From NCBI GenBank assembly GCA_963697895.1, contig OY969100.1, positions 384,001 through 448,000 on the forward strand: DNA of 64,000 bases, given 5' to 3'. Below, in pieces: positions 1 to 8,747 of this stretch. The position numbers and the translations under genes were made by a program. Within the stretch, counting starts at the first letter, position 1, and the number at the start of each line of letters is the position of its first letter. This stretch comes from an uncultured Methanomicrobiales archaeon. Lineage in GTDB: Archaea > Halobacteriota > Methanomicrobia > Methanomicrobiales > Methanospirillaceae. The notes beneath the pieces are model-generated. The model was not told the DNA's origin. It searched no databases and saw only the letters and a list, made by a program, of their open reading frames with translations.

Positions 1-267
1 AGAAACTCCATATATAGCAATACCCATGGAGAAGACCCGTTTTACCCCGTGGATATCCGCGAGACCTCCTATGGGGACAAGGAACACAGCCGCGCCGAGG
101 AAGAATGCCGACGTTATCCAACCGAGAAGCACTGCATCTGTGGAAAATTCCTTCCCAATTGTTGGAAGGGCAACTATCAGCGCGGAGACCATGAACGGGG
201 CGAGTGAAGAGCCAAGGGCAGAGGTCAGCAGAACACTCCGTTTCGTCTTTTCCGAATGACCTGCCAT
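1..267 (-). CDS. MFS transporter (EmrB/QacA-like), N-terminal part; runs off the window
   Basis: Manual translation from ATG at 267: MAGHSEKTKRSVLLTSALGSSLAPFMVSALIVALPTIGKEF...LGWITSAFFLGAAVFLVPIGGLADIHGVKRVF; contains an MFS motif A-like GxLADxxGxK. Not in the ORF track because it is truncated. Confidence 0.85.
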   Translation of the reverse strand, partial: MAGHSEKTKRSVLLTSALGSSLAPFMVSALIVALPTIGKEFSTDAVLLGWITSAFFLGAAVFLVPIGGLADIHGVKRVFSMGIAIYGVS

Positions 268-537
268 GATATGGGGAATTCTCTGATTAATGTATTAATG
301 GTGTCGATTAAGCGGGTTGGATCTTTCTGCTGCATCATAAAAGAGGCCGGACTGGGAGCTGCTAGAAGAGGAGGTCCCAACCGGGAAAGGACTCCCGAAC
401 GGGACTCCCGAATCATTTACTTCTTCCTTGCATTTGCTGTCAAATTCCACCAATAATGACCTCTTCAAAGCATTCATTACCCGGACAAACTTCCATCCAT
501 CACAATAATTATCTCCATTGACTCCCATTCCCACAGC

Positions 538-768
538 ATGGCTGAAGAATGTGAATGTGAAGTGCGTTGTGATACATGTGGTTCATGGTTTCCCTACCCG
601 AAGGCACCGATCCATTTCGCGAGCTGGGAGGAATATTACGAATCGGACAAACGGAAGGTTGCTGTACGATGTCCAAAATGCGGCGCCGAAACTGAGCTTA
701 AAAAGGAGAATACCCGTTTCCCGGGGAAAAAAACGGGAAAGGATTCGGCAAGGGGGGGGGGTAAATAG
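538..768 (+). CDS. Small zinc-ribbon protein (CxxCG...CPxCG)
   Basis: 76 aa with CDTCG and CPKCG knuckles and a basic C-terminal tail. Confidence 0.65.
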   Translation: MAEECECEVRCDTCGSWFPYPKAPIHFASWEEYYESDKRKVAVRCPKCGAETELKKENTRFPGKKTGKDSARGGGK

Positions 769-1149
769 GCACATGCAGTAAACGGGCTGCCCCCTACATC
801 AGTATTTTTATTCAGTCAACGACAAGCGCAACAAAAGTGAAAACCGTTTTTAGTTCAGAGTTTTTGTAAATAATACTCCATTTCCTGAGTCTGCCAATTC
901 AATATGCGCAGGGTTTAGTGTGTTATGACAATCCGTCTCTCTCCCGGCTGATACCGTATTTTACGAACCATCAACCAGAAAAGTCCTTCCCGGGGACTTT
1001 TCACCATAACGCCGCAAAAACCGTACGGAAAAAGGAGATGAGATCGGTTGAGATCCCGGTGTAAGATGAAAACATTCTCATGTACATAGGATTACCTCTA
1101 TGTACCATCTTCAGAACGGCAGGTTGCCGGTTAAGATCGGGGAAAGAGC

Positions 1150-2361
1150 ATGTTCCTGAACTCGTGTAAAAAACACTATATACTCGATACCCAGCGCACG
1201 GTACCACCGGAAGAGACCCTGGCCCGTATAGAGAAAAAGATCGCAACCGCAGGGATTACCCGTGTTGCCGATATCACCGATCTCGACCGGATCGGCATCC
1301 CTGTTTTCTCAAGTATCCGCCCAACGGCCGAAATGGGGTCCGTATCGGTATACAATGGGAAGGGGGCGACTCCTACCGAAGCAAAGGTTTCTGCAATGAT
1401 GGAGGGGATCGAACGGTACTCCGCGGAATCGTCCGGGAGGAACATGATAATGGCATCATATGATGAGCTTCCCCCGGATCGGGATGCGGTAAAACCTTCC
1501 GACCTCATTCTGCCCCGTGAGGCGGATGGCGAAGCTCCTCTTCCCTGGGTCGTAGGCTGTGATATTATCAAAGGTGAGGAGCTGTTTGTCCCTGCTCATG
1601 CCGTATTCCATCCGCTCCCGAGATTGTATCCTCCTCTCTTCCGGACAAATACGAACGGTCTCGCATCCGGGAATACCCGGGAGGAGGCGGTCTTTCATGC
1701 CCTGATGGAAGTGATCGAACGGGATGCCTGGTCACTTGCAGAGGCAACCCGGAATACCGGTCCACGGATCTGCAATATCGGGGATGGGATCGCCGCGGGT
1801 CTCCTCAAAAGGTTTGCCGACGCGAATGTGGAAGTGCATTTGAGAAACATAACCAGCGATGTTGGTATTCCTACATTTGCAGCCGTTTCTGACGATACCC
1901 AACTGAAAGATCCTGCGTTGCTTACCATCGGTATGGGAACGCACACCAGTGCCCGGATTACACTACTCCGGGCGATCACGGAAGTTGCGCAAAGCCGCCT
2001 GACCCAGATCCATGGCGCAAGGGAAGATACAACGGTGGCGGATTTTCGTCGGACAGCCGGATATGAACGTGCCCGCCGAATGAACAGATACTGGTTTGAT
2101 GGATCCGAAGAGGTTGACTTTTCTTCGATACCTTCGTTTGACAGCGATGACTTTCTCACAGATATCCGGTATGTCTGTTCCGCGCTCGAAAAAGTGGCGG
2201 TGAACCGGGTTGTTGTGGTGGACCTGACGCGACCTGAGATAGGAGTTCCGGTGGTTCGGGTGATCGTACCGGGACTCGAGATGTATGCAATGGACCAGGA
2301 TCGGATGGGAGAACGCTGCCGGCATGCCAGAAATCGTCGTATTCCTCGGCCCCAGTCTTGA
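1150..2361 (+). CDS. ycaO: YcaO-family McrA-glycine thioamidation protein (methanogenesis marker 1)
   Basis: GITRVADITDLDRIGIPV, SAMMEGIER, NTNGLASGN, EVIERDA, AITEVAQSR, PVVRVIVPGLE motifs; overlaps tfuA. Confidence 0.95.
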   Translation: MFLNSCKKHYILDTQRTVPPEETLARIEKKIATAGITRVADITDLDRIGIPVFSSIRPTAEMGSVSVYNGKGATPTEAKVSAMMEGIERYSAESSGRNMIMASYDELPPDRDAVKPSDLILPREADGEAPLPWVVGCDIIKGEELFVPAHAVFHPLPRLYPPLFRTNTNGLASGNTREEAVFHALMEVIERDAWSLAEATRNTGPRICNIGDGIAAGLLKRFADANVEVHLRNITSDVGIPTFAAVSDDTQLKDPALLTIGMGTHTSARITLLRAITEVAQSRLTQIHGAREDTTVADFRRTAGYERARRMNRYWFDGSEEVDFSSIPSFDSDDFLTDIRYVCSALEKVAVNRVVVVDLTRPEIGVPVVRVIVPGLEMYAMDQDRMGERCRHARNRRIPRPQS

Positions 2362-2980
2362 TCGCGAGACCGCCCGGAAACTCCTCGATGCAGAGTACCG
2401 ACCTCCGGCTGCGCGTGGCGACATACTCCGTGCAGCGGCGGATGGTGCGCGGATAATCGGTCTTATAGACGGAGTTTTTTTCCAGGAATCCGCCGTGGCG
2501 CATCGTGAGATACTGGAGGCGCTGAATAAAGGGCTAAAGGTAATCGGAGCGTCGAGCATGGGTGCGCTCCGTGCCGCAGAGCTTGATACACTGGGGATGG
2601 AGGGCGTAGGAGAAGTATACCGCCTTTTTAAAGAAGGTATTTTGAATTCGGATGATGAGGTAGCGCTCATATTCGATCCTGTTTATTTCATTGCGGTTTC
2701 AGAACCGCTGGTCAATATCCGGTGCACAATCGGCAGGGCAGTGGGTGCAGGTATTATCAGTAATGCCGCCGGAGAAAAGATCATCTTTCATGCTAAATCA
2801 CTTTATTTCCCGGAAAGGACATATGAGACGGTTATTGGTGCAGCGCGGGCGTCAGTTGCTGCCCAAGAGCTTTCACAGTTTAGTGATTATGTGGAAAGAT
2901 CCGGGTGCGATCTTAAGCGGGAGGATGCGATTCGGGCATTAGAACGAATACAAGTGGTATGGAATACAAGCAAGGCCTAA
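2324..2980 (+). CDS. tfuA: TfuA-related McrA thioamidation protein
   Basis: VVFLGPSL, PPAARGD, IDGVF, GASSMGALRAAEL, DDEVAL motifs; likely start is ATG 2324. Confidence 0.93.
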   Translation: MPEIVVFLGPSLDRETARKLLDAEYRPPAARGDILRAAADGARIIGLIDGVFFQESAVAHREILEALNKGLKVIGASSMGALRAAELDTLGMEGVGEVYRLFKEGILNSDDEVALIFDPVYFIAVSEPLVNIRCTIGRAVGAGIISNAAGEKIIFHAKSLYFPERTYETVIGAARASVAAQELSQFSDYVERSGCDLKREDAIRALERIQVVWNTSKA

Positions 2981-3171
2981 AATGAAAGATACCTCGGATC
3001 CCGTTTGTTTTGGAAATTTTCTCCGGACAACTGTTTTTCATGTCTGCATATGCGGTACCCTATGGAATAAGGGGCAATTTTGTTCAGAAAACAGGAAATG
3101 GATGAAGAAGACTTTCAGAACCGGGACCTGTGTATTCAATAATCGGTTCCTATTGATCGTAGGGAGATATT

Positions 3172-3917
3172 ATGCTGAATGCCAGAGAACGTGAACGATA
3201 TGCCCGCCAGATGACGCTGCTCGGGGTGAACGGTCAGGAGCTTCTGAAGAACTCCCATGTCTTCATTGCAGGGGTCGGAGGGCTGGGGTCGCCTGTTGCG
3301 CTGTATCTCGCCGCGGCAGGAATCGGGACGATAACCCTGGCCGATTATGACAGCGTCGAACGCTCAAATCTGAATCGTCAAATTCTCCACTGGGAAGGAG
3401 ATATTGGCCGTCTGAAAGTCGAATCAGCACAAGAAAAGCTAAAAAGCTTAATCCGGATATTGAAATACGCACTCTGGATACCAGAATTGACGAGACCAAT
3501 GCGTATATGGTCATAGGTGATGCGGATATCCTCGTTGATGCCATGGATAATTATCTGATTCGGTACAGCCTCAATCATATCGCGGCTATAAAACAGATCC
3601 CTCTCGTACACGGGGCGGTCAAAGGCTTTTCCGGACAGGTGGCGACACTTCTTCCGGGAAAGACCGCATGTCTGCGATGTATCTTTCCCTATCCGCCACC
3701 GGAGGAACCTGTACCCATCATCGGAGTGACCGCCGGTATCATCGGATTAATCGAGGCAAACGAGGTGATCAGGTATCTTACGGGGGCCGGCCCTGAGCGG
3801 GAAACCCGGTTACTTCTCTGGGACGGAACCAGCTCTGAACTTGAGACAATTTATGTAGAACGGGATCCTGCATGTAGTGAGTGTGGAACCGGAATGAATG
3901 ATCCGGAGAAGCGTTGA
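3172..3917 (+). CDS. ThiF/MoeB/HesA-family adenylyltransferase, apparent frameshift near 3441-3445
   Basis: RYARQ, GVGGLG, SNLNRQ in ORF 3172-3516; VDAMDN and two CxxC in ORF 3507-3917. Adding one A to the A-run restores [20 protein letters not shown]. Confidence 0.85.
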
Positions 3918-3918
3918 A

Positions 3919-4197
3919 ATGAAAGTAAGGGTGCGGGCATTTGCCCAGTTCCGGGAATTGATCGGGAGTGAGCGTATCGTAGACCTCCCCGAGGAGGCCG
4001 ATGTGTATCTCCTCCTCATGCTCCTGTCTGATAATAATGTTGAACTAAAGGAAGCACTATTCGACGCGGAAGGAAAGGTAAAAAAATATGTGATTATCAT
4101 GATGAACCGAAGACGGGTCGGCCAGGACCAAGTAAAGGGACTGAAAATGGCAGAGAATGACGAGATTGCCATATTTCCGCCGGTTGCAGGGGGGTAA
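3919..4197 (+). CDS. Ubiquitin-like sulfur carrier (MoaD/ThiS/SAMP family)
   Basis: Beta-grasp pattern MKVRVRAFAQFRE...DEIAIFPPVAGG with C-terminal GG. Confidence 0.92.
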   Translation: MKVRVRAFAQFRELIGSERIVDLPEEADVYLLLMLLSDNNVELKEALFDAEGKVKKYVIIMMNRRRVGQDQVKGLKMAENDEIAIFPPVAGG

Positions 4198-4610
4198 TGC
4201 CATTGTCCGTTATCATTACGAGGGATGATTTTGAACCCGGAATCCTTATCGAGGGTGCTAAACGACGCAAGACGGGTGCTGTGGTCATATTTCTCGGCAT
4301 TGTACGGGATGACGGGATCGAAGAGATCGAGCTGGAAGCATATGAAGAGGCAGCGATGCAGGAACTCCAGTCCATTCAAGACGAGGCGATGCAAAAATTT
4401 TCCCTCCTTTCTGCGGAGATCATACACCGAATCGGGGTCCTCCGGGTCGGTGACCACATACTCCTGATCGTTGTCGGGGCCGCACACCGTCAGGAAGCAT
4501 TTTTAGGATGTGAGTACATCCTTGAACAGATCAAGATGACCGTCCCGATCTGGAAGAAAGAAGTCACGCTCTCTGGTACCCGATGGGTGAAAGGGGACTA
4601 TTGGCCTTGA
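4197..4610 (+). CDS. moaE: Molybdopterin synthase catalytic subunit
   Basis: GAVVIFLGIVRD, HRIGVL, AHRQEAF, PIWKKE motifs; TAATG overlap with the upstream gene. Confidence 0.93.
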   Translation: MPLSVIITRDDFEPGILIEGAKRRKTGAVVIFLGIVRDDGIEEIELEAYEEAAMQELQSIQDEAMQKFSLLSAEIIHRIGVLRVGDHILLIVVGAAHRQEAFLGCEYILEQIKMTVPIWKKEVTLSGTRWVKGDYWP

Positions 4611-4740
4611 TCCTGTAACTCGAATGGCCATGTACGATTCAGATAAATATCAGGCATTCACGGATATTGTTTTTTTTATGTTTTGGAACCGGGGGACATG
4701 GGATACCGGAAAAAGGAAAGGATATAATCGGTTACCATGT

Positions 4741-5403
4741 TCATTCGTCATCATCGAAGGTCATGCTCTTGGACAGTTGGAAGAGTCCTCTGACTGTTGT
4801 TACATCCTCGGACTGGGTATCGGAACTCTGGGCATCCCCACGGCCGCCCATTTCATGGACCCTGATATACGCGGACGCACTCCCTTCGGCCTCCGAATCG
4901 GTGCCGTTCAGTCCATGGGCATCGATATCATAATGAATTGACGAGCCGTCCTTCGTACTCGCATGGGAGACCGCCGAGACTTCCGTCACATCAAGGTCAC
5001 TTCCTGCCTGAGCCATGGTGAATTTCGCATCGGAGGAACCGTCGGAAGCGGCTGCCCCGGCTGTTGTCACCTCCTCACGCGAGGTCATCCTGCCGTTCGG
5101 ATCCGCATCAAAAGTTATCAACCGGGTCGATTCCAGGTTATTGCTCCCTGCTGGCTGACTGCCTGTATTATATGTGAAATATTTGTAATACGTGATGTTC
5201 CCCTTTATTGCATGGGTGTTTTCAGAATATGCGGATAACCCGTATGCCCCGCCCTGATTCTCGGCTGCCAGTGATGAAGTGGCGTCAAAGCTGCCTCTGA
5301 CTGAGGCACCGGTCTCCACCGTCATTCCTGCAGCCATGACGCTCACACACAAAAAACTGCAGAGTATCAGAAAGATCATACCCCCTCGTATGCGTATTCT
5401 CAT
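4741..5403 (-). CDS. Secreted beta-rich protein, possibly Methanomicrobiales sheath (MspA)-like family
   Basis: Signal peptide (MRIRIRGGMIFLILCSFLCVSVMA); Ser/Thr/Gly/Ala-rich mature part; family assignment from memory only. Confidence 0.6.
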   Translation of the reverse strand: MRIRIRGGMIFLILCSFLCVSVMAAGMTVETGASVRGSFDATSSLAAENQGGAYGLSAYSENTHAIKGNITYYKYFTYNTGSQPAGSNNLESTRLITFDADPNGRMTSREEVTTAGAAASDGSSDAKFTMAQAGSDLDVTEVSAVSHASTKDGSSIHYDIDAHGLNGTDSEAEGSASAYIRVHEMGGRGDAQSSDTQSEDVTTVRGLFQLSKSMTFDDDE

Positions 5404-5586
5404 ATAGTTGCCACCGTTTGGAATGTATTCCTCACTCGACTTTCGTTTGAGTCTATAAAAGGTTTATTGTAAAATAAGTGATGGCTTCGTATAGTGAGAA
5501 TACATCGAATAACCTGGCGGTTCGATGAAGGGTTTCAAAATAATGTTCTGCCCCTCTAAAGAAGATGATTCATAGAAGGAGGTTAA

Positions 5587-6141
5587 TCACATTATACTTT
5601 CGAGTTTTTGCTCGAGAAAGTCCAGACCACGTTTGACATCCTCTAGATTTTTTCCCCCGGTCAGGATGATCTTTCCTGAAGAGAAAAGAAGAGCAACAAT
5701 TTTTGGTTCTTTGATGCGATAGACCAGCCCCGGAAATTGCTCAGGTTCATATTCGATATTTTCAAGATTGAATGTCATTACCACTTTGTTCAGGTTGATG
5801 TATTTTCCGATATCATAAGAACAGACGATATTTGTAATCGCGACGCGAGGTTTGTCGTACGTCTGAACTCCCGCTTTTTTCATGGAACGGATGATAAGAT
5901 CGAGACCGGCATCAAGTGATTCTTTATCTCGTATTCCGGTAAGGACGACTTTTCCGGATGAGAAGATGAGAGACGCAATCTTCGGCTCTTCGATCCGGTA
6001 TACAGCGCCAGGAAATCGCTTCGTATTCAGCTCGCAATGCTCGATCTTCTTTGAGATCATTGCGAGATCTATGGAATCAGCAATTGCCCCTGATGCGACG
6101 ATATTCTCAATTTTTAAAGAATCATATTTTTTATCATCCAT
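5587..6141 (-). CDS. tbp: TATA-box binding protein
   Basis: Two repeats IENIVAS / ITNIVCS, FPGAVYR / FPGLVYR, FSSGKVVLTG / FSSGKIILTG. Confidence 0.97.
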   Translation of the reverse strand: MDDKKYDSLKIENIVASGAIADSIDLAMISKKIEHCELNTKRFPGAVYRIEEPKIASLIFSSGKVVLTGIRDKESLDAGLDLIIRSMKKAGVQTYDKPRVAITNIVCSYDIGKYINLNKVVMTFNLENIEYEPEQFPGLVYRIKEPKIVALLFSSGKIILTGGKNLEDVKRGLDFLEQKLESIM

Positions 6142-6399
6142 TTAGTAGTACATGCTTTTTTTCAGGCATAATACTAATGGACAATCTTTATGTTGTCCTG
6201 ATTTGCGCGTATTCGCTGAAAATTTGTCACAATATCGGAGAAATCATGCTTGGACTGCTGGTAGTTCTGAAGCGGTTCCGGATCGACCATCTCCAGAAAA
6301 GGGTGTGATCTCATCCGGTGCGTATCCTATATTTATTTTTTGATATCTGGTGCAGTAAATGCGACAGAATAATATGATGCACCAATAAACGGTGTATGT

Positions 6400-8268
6400 A
6401 TGGTGCGATATTCTGTTACAATGGACGAGGAGTTGACTGAAAATATCGATAAAATTCGGGAAATACGGGGGATGTCCCGTTCAGACTGGATCAATGAAGC
6501 CTGCACCGTCCATCTGCGGGAACCCGTGCATCTTGGTTCAGGAAGTGAGTTCCCAGTCGCAGGACCTGCAAATATATCGGGAGAAGAACGGCATCGGCAT
6601 AACATGGCGGATTACGACGAGACTCTTCGGTGTTTCCGGGTTAACATTCCCGAATATTTCAATTTTGGGTTCGATGTAGTTGATGCCTGGGCAAAGAAAG
6701 ACCGGAATAAGATCGGAATGATATGGGTGAACCAGAAGGGGGAAGAGAGAAAATTCACCTTCTATGACCTTTCCCGGCTCTCCAACCAGGTGGCGAACAT
6801 ACTTATCAAATATGGGATCGGAAAAGGAGACCGGGTGATGATCATGCTCCCGCGTATACCTGAGTGGTGGATCTTCACCATCGCACTGATCAAACGTGGT
6901 GCAGTATATTGTCCCTGTCCTACCATGCTCACTGTAAAGGACCTCAAATACCGGGTCCAGACTGCCGACATTAAACTGGTCATCACAGACCAGGAAAACG
7001 CTAAAAAGGTAGATGAGATCTTTGACGAATGCCCCTCACTTTGTGGTCGGATGTTGACGGATGGAGAACGGGAGAATTGGATAAGCTATCCGGTCGAATT
7101 GAGTTATCCCGCTCCAGTATCAACGCGTCTCATCAAGATACCCGGAATGAAAAAAACAAAATCAACCGACCCGCTGGTCATATTCTTCACCTCTGGCACC
7201 ACCGGACAGGCGAAGATGGTGGTGCATGATCATGGTTATCCTCTTGGACACATCGTCACCGCCCGATACTGGCAGGACGTAACGAGCACCGATCTCCATT
7301 TCACCCTGTCAGATACCGGATGGGCGAAAAGTGCTTGGGGAAAGATCTATGGCCAGTGGATCGAAGGAGCGGCCATATTTGTCTACGACATCAGGAGTAA
7401 ATTCAATGCTACGGAGATTCTTCCCCTCATCGAGAAATACGGGGTAACCACCTTCTGCTGCCCGCCAACCATCTATCGGATGCTTATCCTTGCCGATCTG
7501 GATAAGTTTGATTTTTCAGAGCTCCGTCATTGCACCAGTGCAGGGGAGCCGCTTAATCCTGAGGTAATCAAGGCGTGGCGGGACGCAACTGGCCTCATTA
7601 TTCACGAAGGATACGGGCAGACTGAGACGGTTCTCTGCATCGGGATATTTCCTTCGATGTCGCCGAAACTGGGGTCAATGGGCAAACCGGCTCCCGGATG
7701 GGTGATTGAGCTCCATGATGATAATGGAAACTCCGTTGGTATTCATGAGGAAGGAAAGATCGCGATAAAGCTGGATCCCCGACCGGTAGGTCTGTTCAAG
7801 GAATATTTGAATAACCCGGAGGAGAACGCAAAGTCGTTCGTGAACGGATGGTACTACACCGGTGACAAAGCATATCGGGACGAGGATGGATACTACTGGT
7901 TCATCGGCCGGGACGATGACGTGATCAAGGCGTCGGGGTACCGGATCGGTCCCTTTGAAGTTGAGAGTGCACTGATAGAGCATCCGGCAGTCCAGGAAGC
8001 AGCAGTCGTAGGTTCACCAGATGATATCCGAGGCCTTATTGTGAAGGCATTCGTGGTTCTTGCCCCGGGGTCCGAGCCTTCGGAAACCCTCGTAAAGGAG
8101 CTGCAGAACCATGTAAAGAAAGTGACTGCACCATACAAATACCCCCGGGCGATAGAATTTGTTAGCCAACTTCCGAAGACGATATCGGGGAAGATCAAAA
8201 GAAATGAGCTTCGGGACCGGGAGTTGAAACAGTCGCAGAATGCAGGAAACGTAAGGGCAAAGTCCTGA
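6400..8268 (+). CDS. AMP-forming acyl/acetyl-CoA synthetase with N-terminal ribbon-helix-helix domain
   Basis: FTSGTTG P-loop, YGQTE, TGD, GRDDDVIK, LPKTISGKI; N-terminus VRYSVTMDEELTENIDKIREIRGMSRSDWINEA is CopG/NikR-like. Confidence 0.9.
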   Translation: MVRYSVTMDEELTENIDKIREIRGMSRSDWINEACTVHLREPVHLGSGSEFPVAGPANISGEERHRHNMADYDETLRCFRVNIPEYFNFGFDVVDAWAKKDRNKIGMIWVNQKGEERKFTFYDLSRLSNQVANILIKYGIGKGDRVMIMLPRIPEWWIFTIALIKRGAVYCPCPTMLTVKDLKYRVQTADIKLVITDQENAKKVDEIFDECPSLCGRMLTDGERENWISYPVELSYPAPVSTRLIKIPGMKKTKSTDPLVIFFTSGTTGQAKMVVHDHGYPLGHIVTARYWQDVTSTDLHFTLSDTGWAKSAWGKIYGQWIEGAAIFVYDIRSKFNATEILPLIEKYGVTTFCCPPTIYRMLILADLDKFDFSELRHCTSAGEPLNPEVIKAWRDATGLIIHEGYGQTETVLCIGIFPSMSPKLGSMGKPAPGWVIELHDDNGNSVGIHEEGKIAIKLDPRPVGLFKEYLNNPEENAKSFVNGWYYTGDKAYRDEDGYYWFIGRDDDVIKASGYRIGPFEVESALIEHPAVQEAAVVGSPDDIRGLIVKAFVVLAPGSEPSETLVKELQNHVKKVTAPYKYPRAIEFVSQLPKTISGKIKRNELRDRELKQSQNAGNVRAKS

Positions 8269-8310
8269 AACATCTACCTTTATTTGGTCTTAAAGTTACA
8301 TACTAAAGGC

Positions 8311-8395
8311 GCGAGGGTAGCCAAGCCTGGTCAACGGCGCCAGGTTCAGGGCCTGGTCTCGAAGGAGTTCTTGGGTTCAAATCCCATCCCTCGCA
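8311..8395 (+). tRNA. tRNA-Leu (CAG)
   Basis: Acceptor stem GCGAGGG/CCCTCGC+A, anticodon arm CCAGG-TTCAGGG-CCTGG, long variable arm, T-loop GGTTCAAATCC; CCA not encoded; no intron. Confidence 0.96.
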
Positions 8396-8747
8396 TTTCG
8401 AACTAGTAATACGATATATCACGGTTTTCAAGGAGATATTTTTTATATATAATTTAAGGAATAGAATCGGGCTTTCGATAATAGGAAAGGCCGGAATAAT
8501 AATAAGGCCGGCGATCCGGCTGGAAAACAACCATGACAGCACTCAGTAACCTGCTCATAATATCTACTTCACCATACCCAGGAACTGGCACCCTGATATC
8601 CGGTTGAACGCCGGTCAGTAGATCGCATCATCCCTCCGCATCACCTATCCAGCCCGTGACTGGAAAGAGGAAAGACATTTCGATGAAATTGCACTGGATG
8701 AAGTATGTCGGTACTTTTTTTTCTCCTCCCGCCATTCACTCATCTAT

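Noticed and set aside
295-534. Short ORFs around the structured element
   Set aside because: Overlapping ORFs on both strands with no family signal.
3430-3460. Programmed frameshift in thiF
   Set aside because: A missing A in an A5 run is a typical homopolymer error, and the window has other indels; no stimulatory structure was evident.
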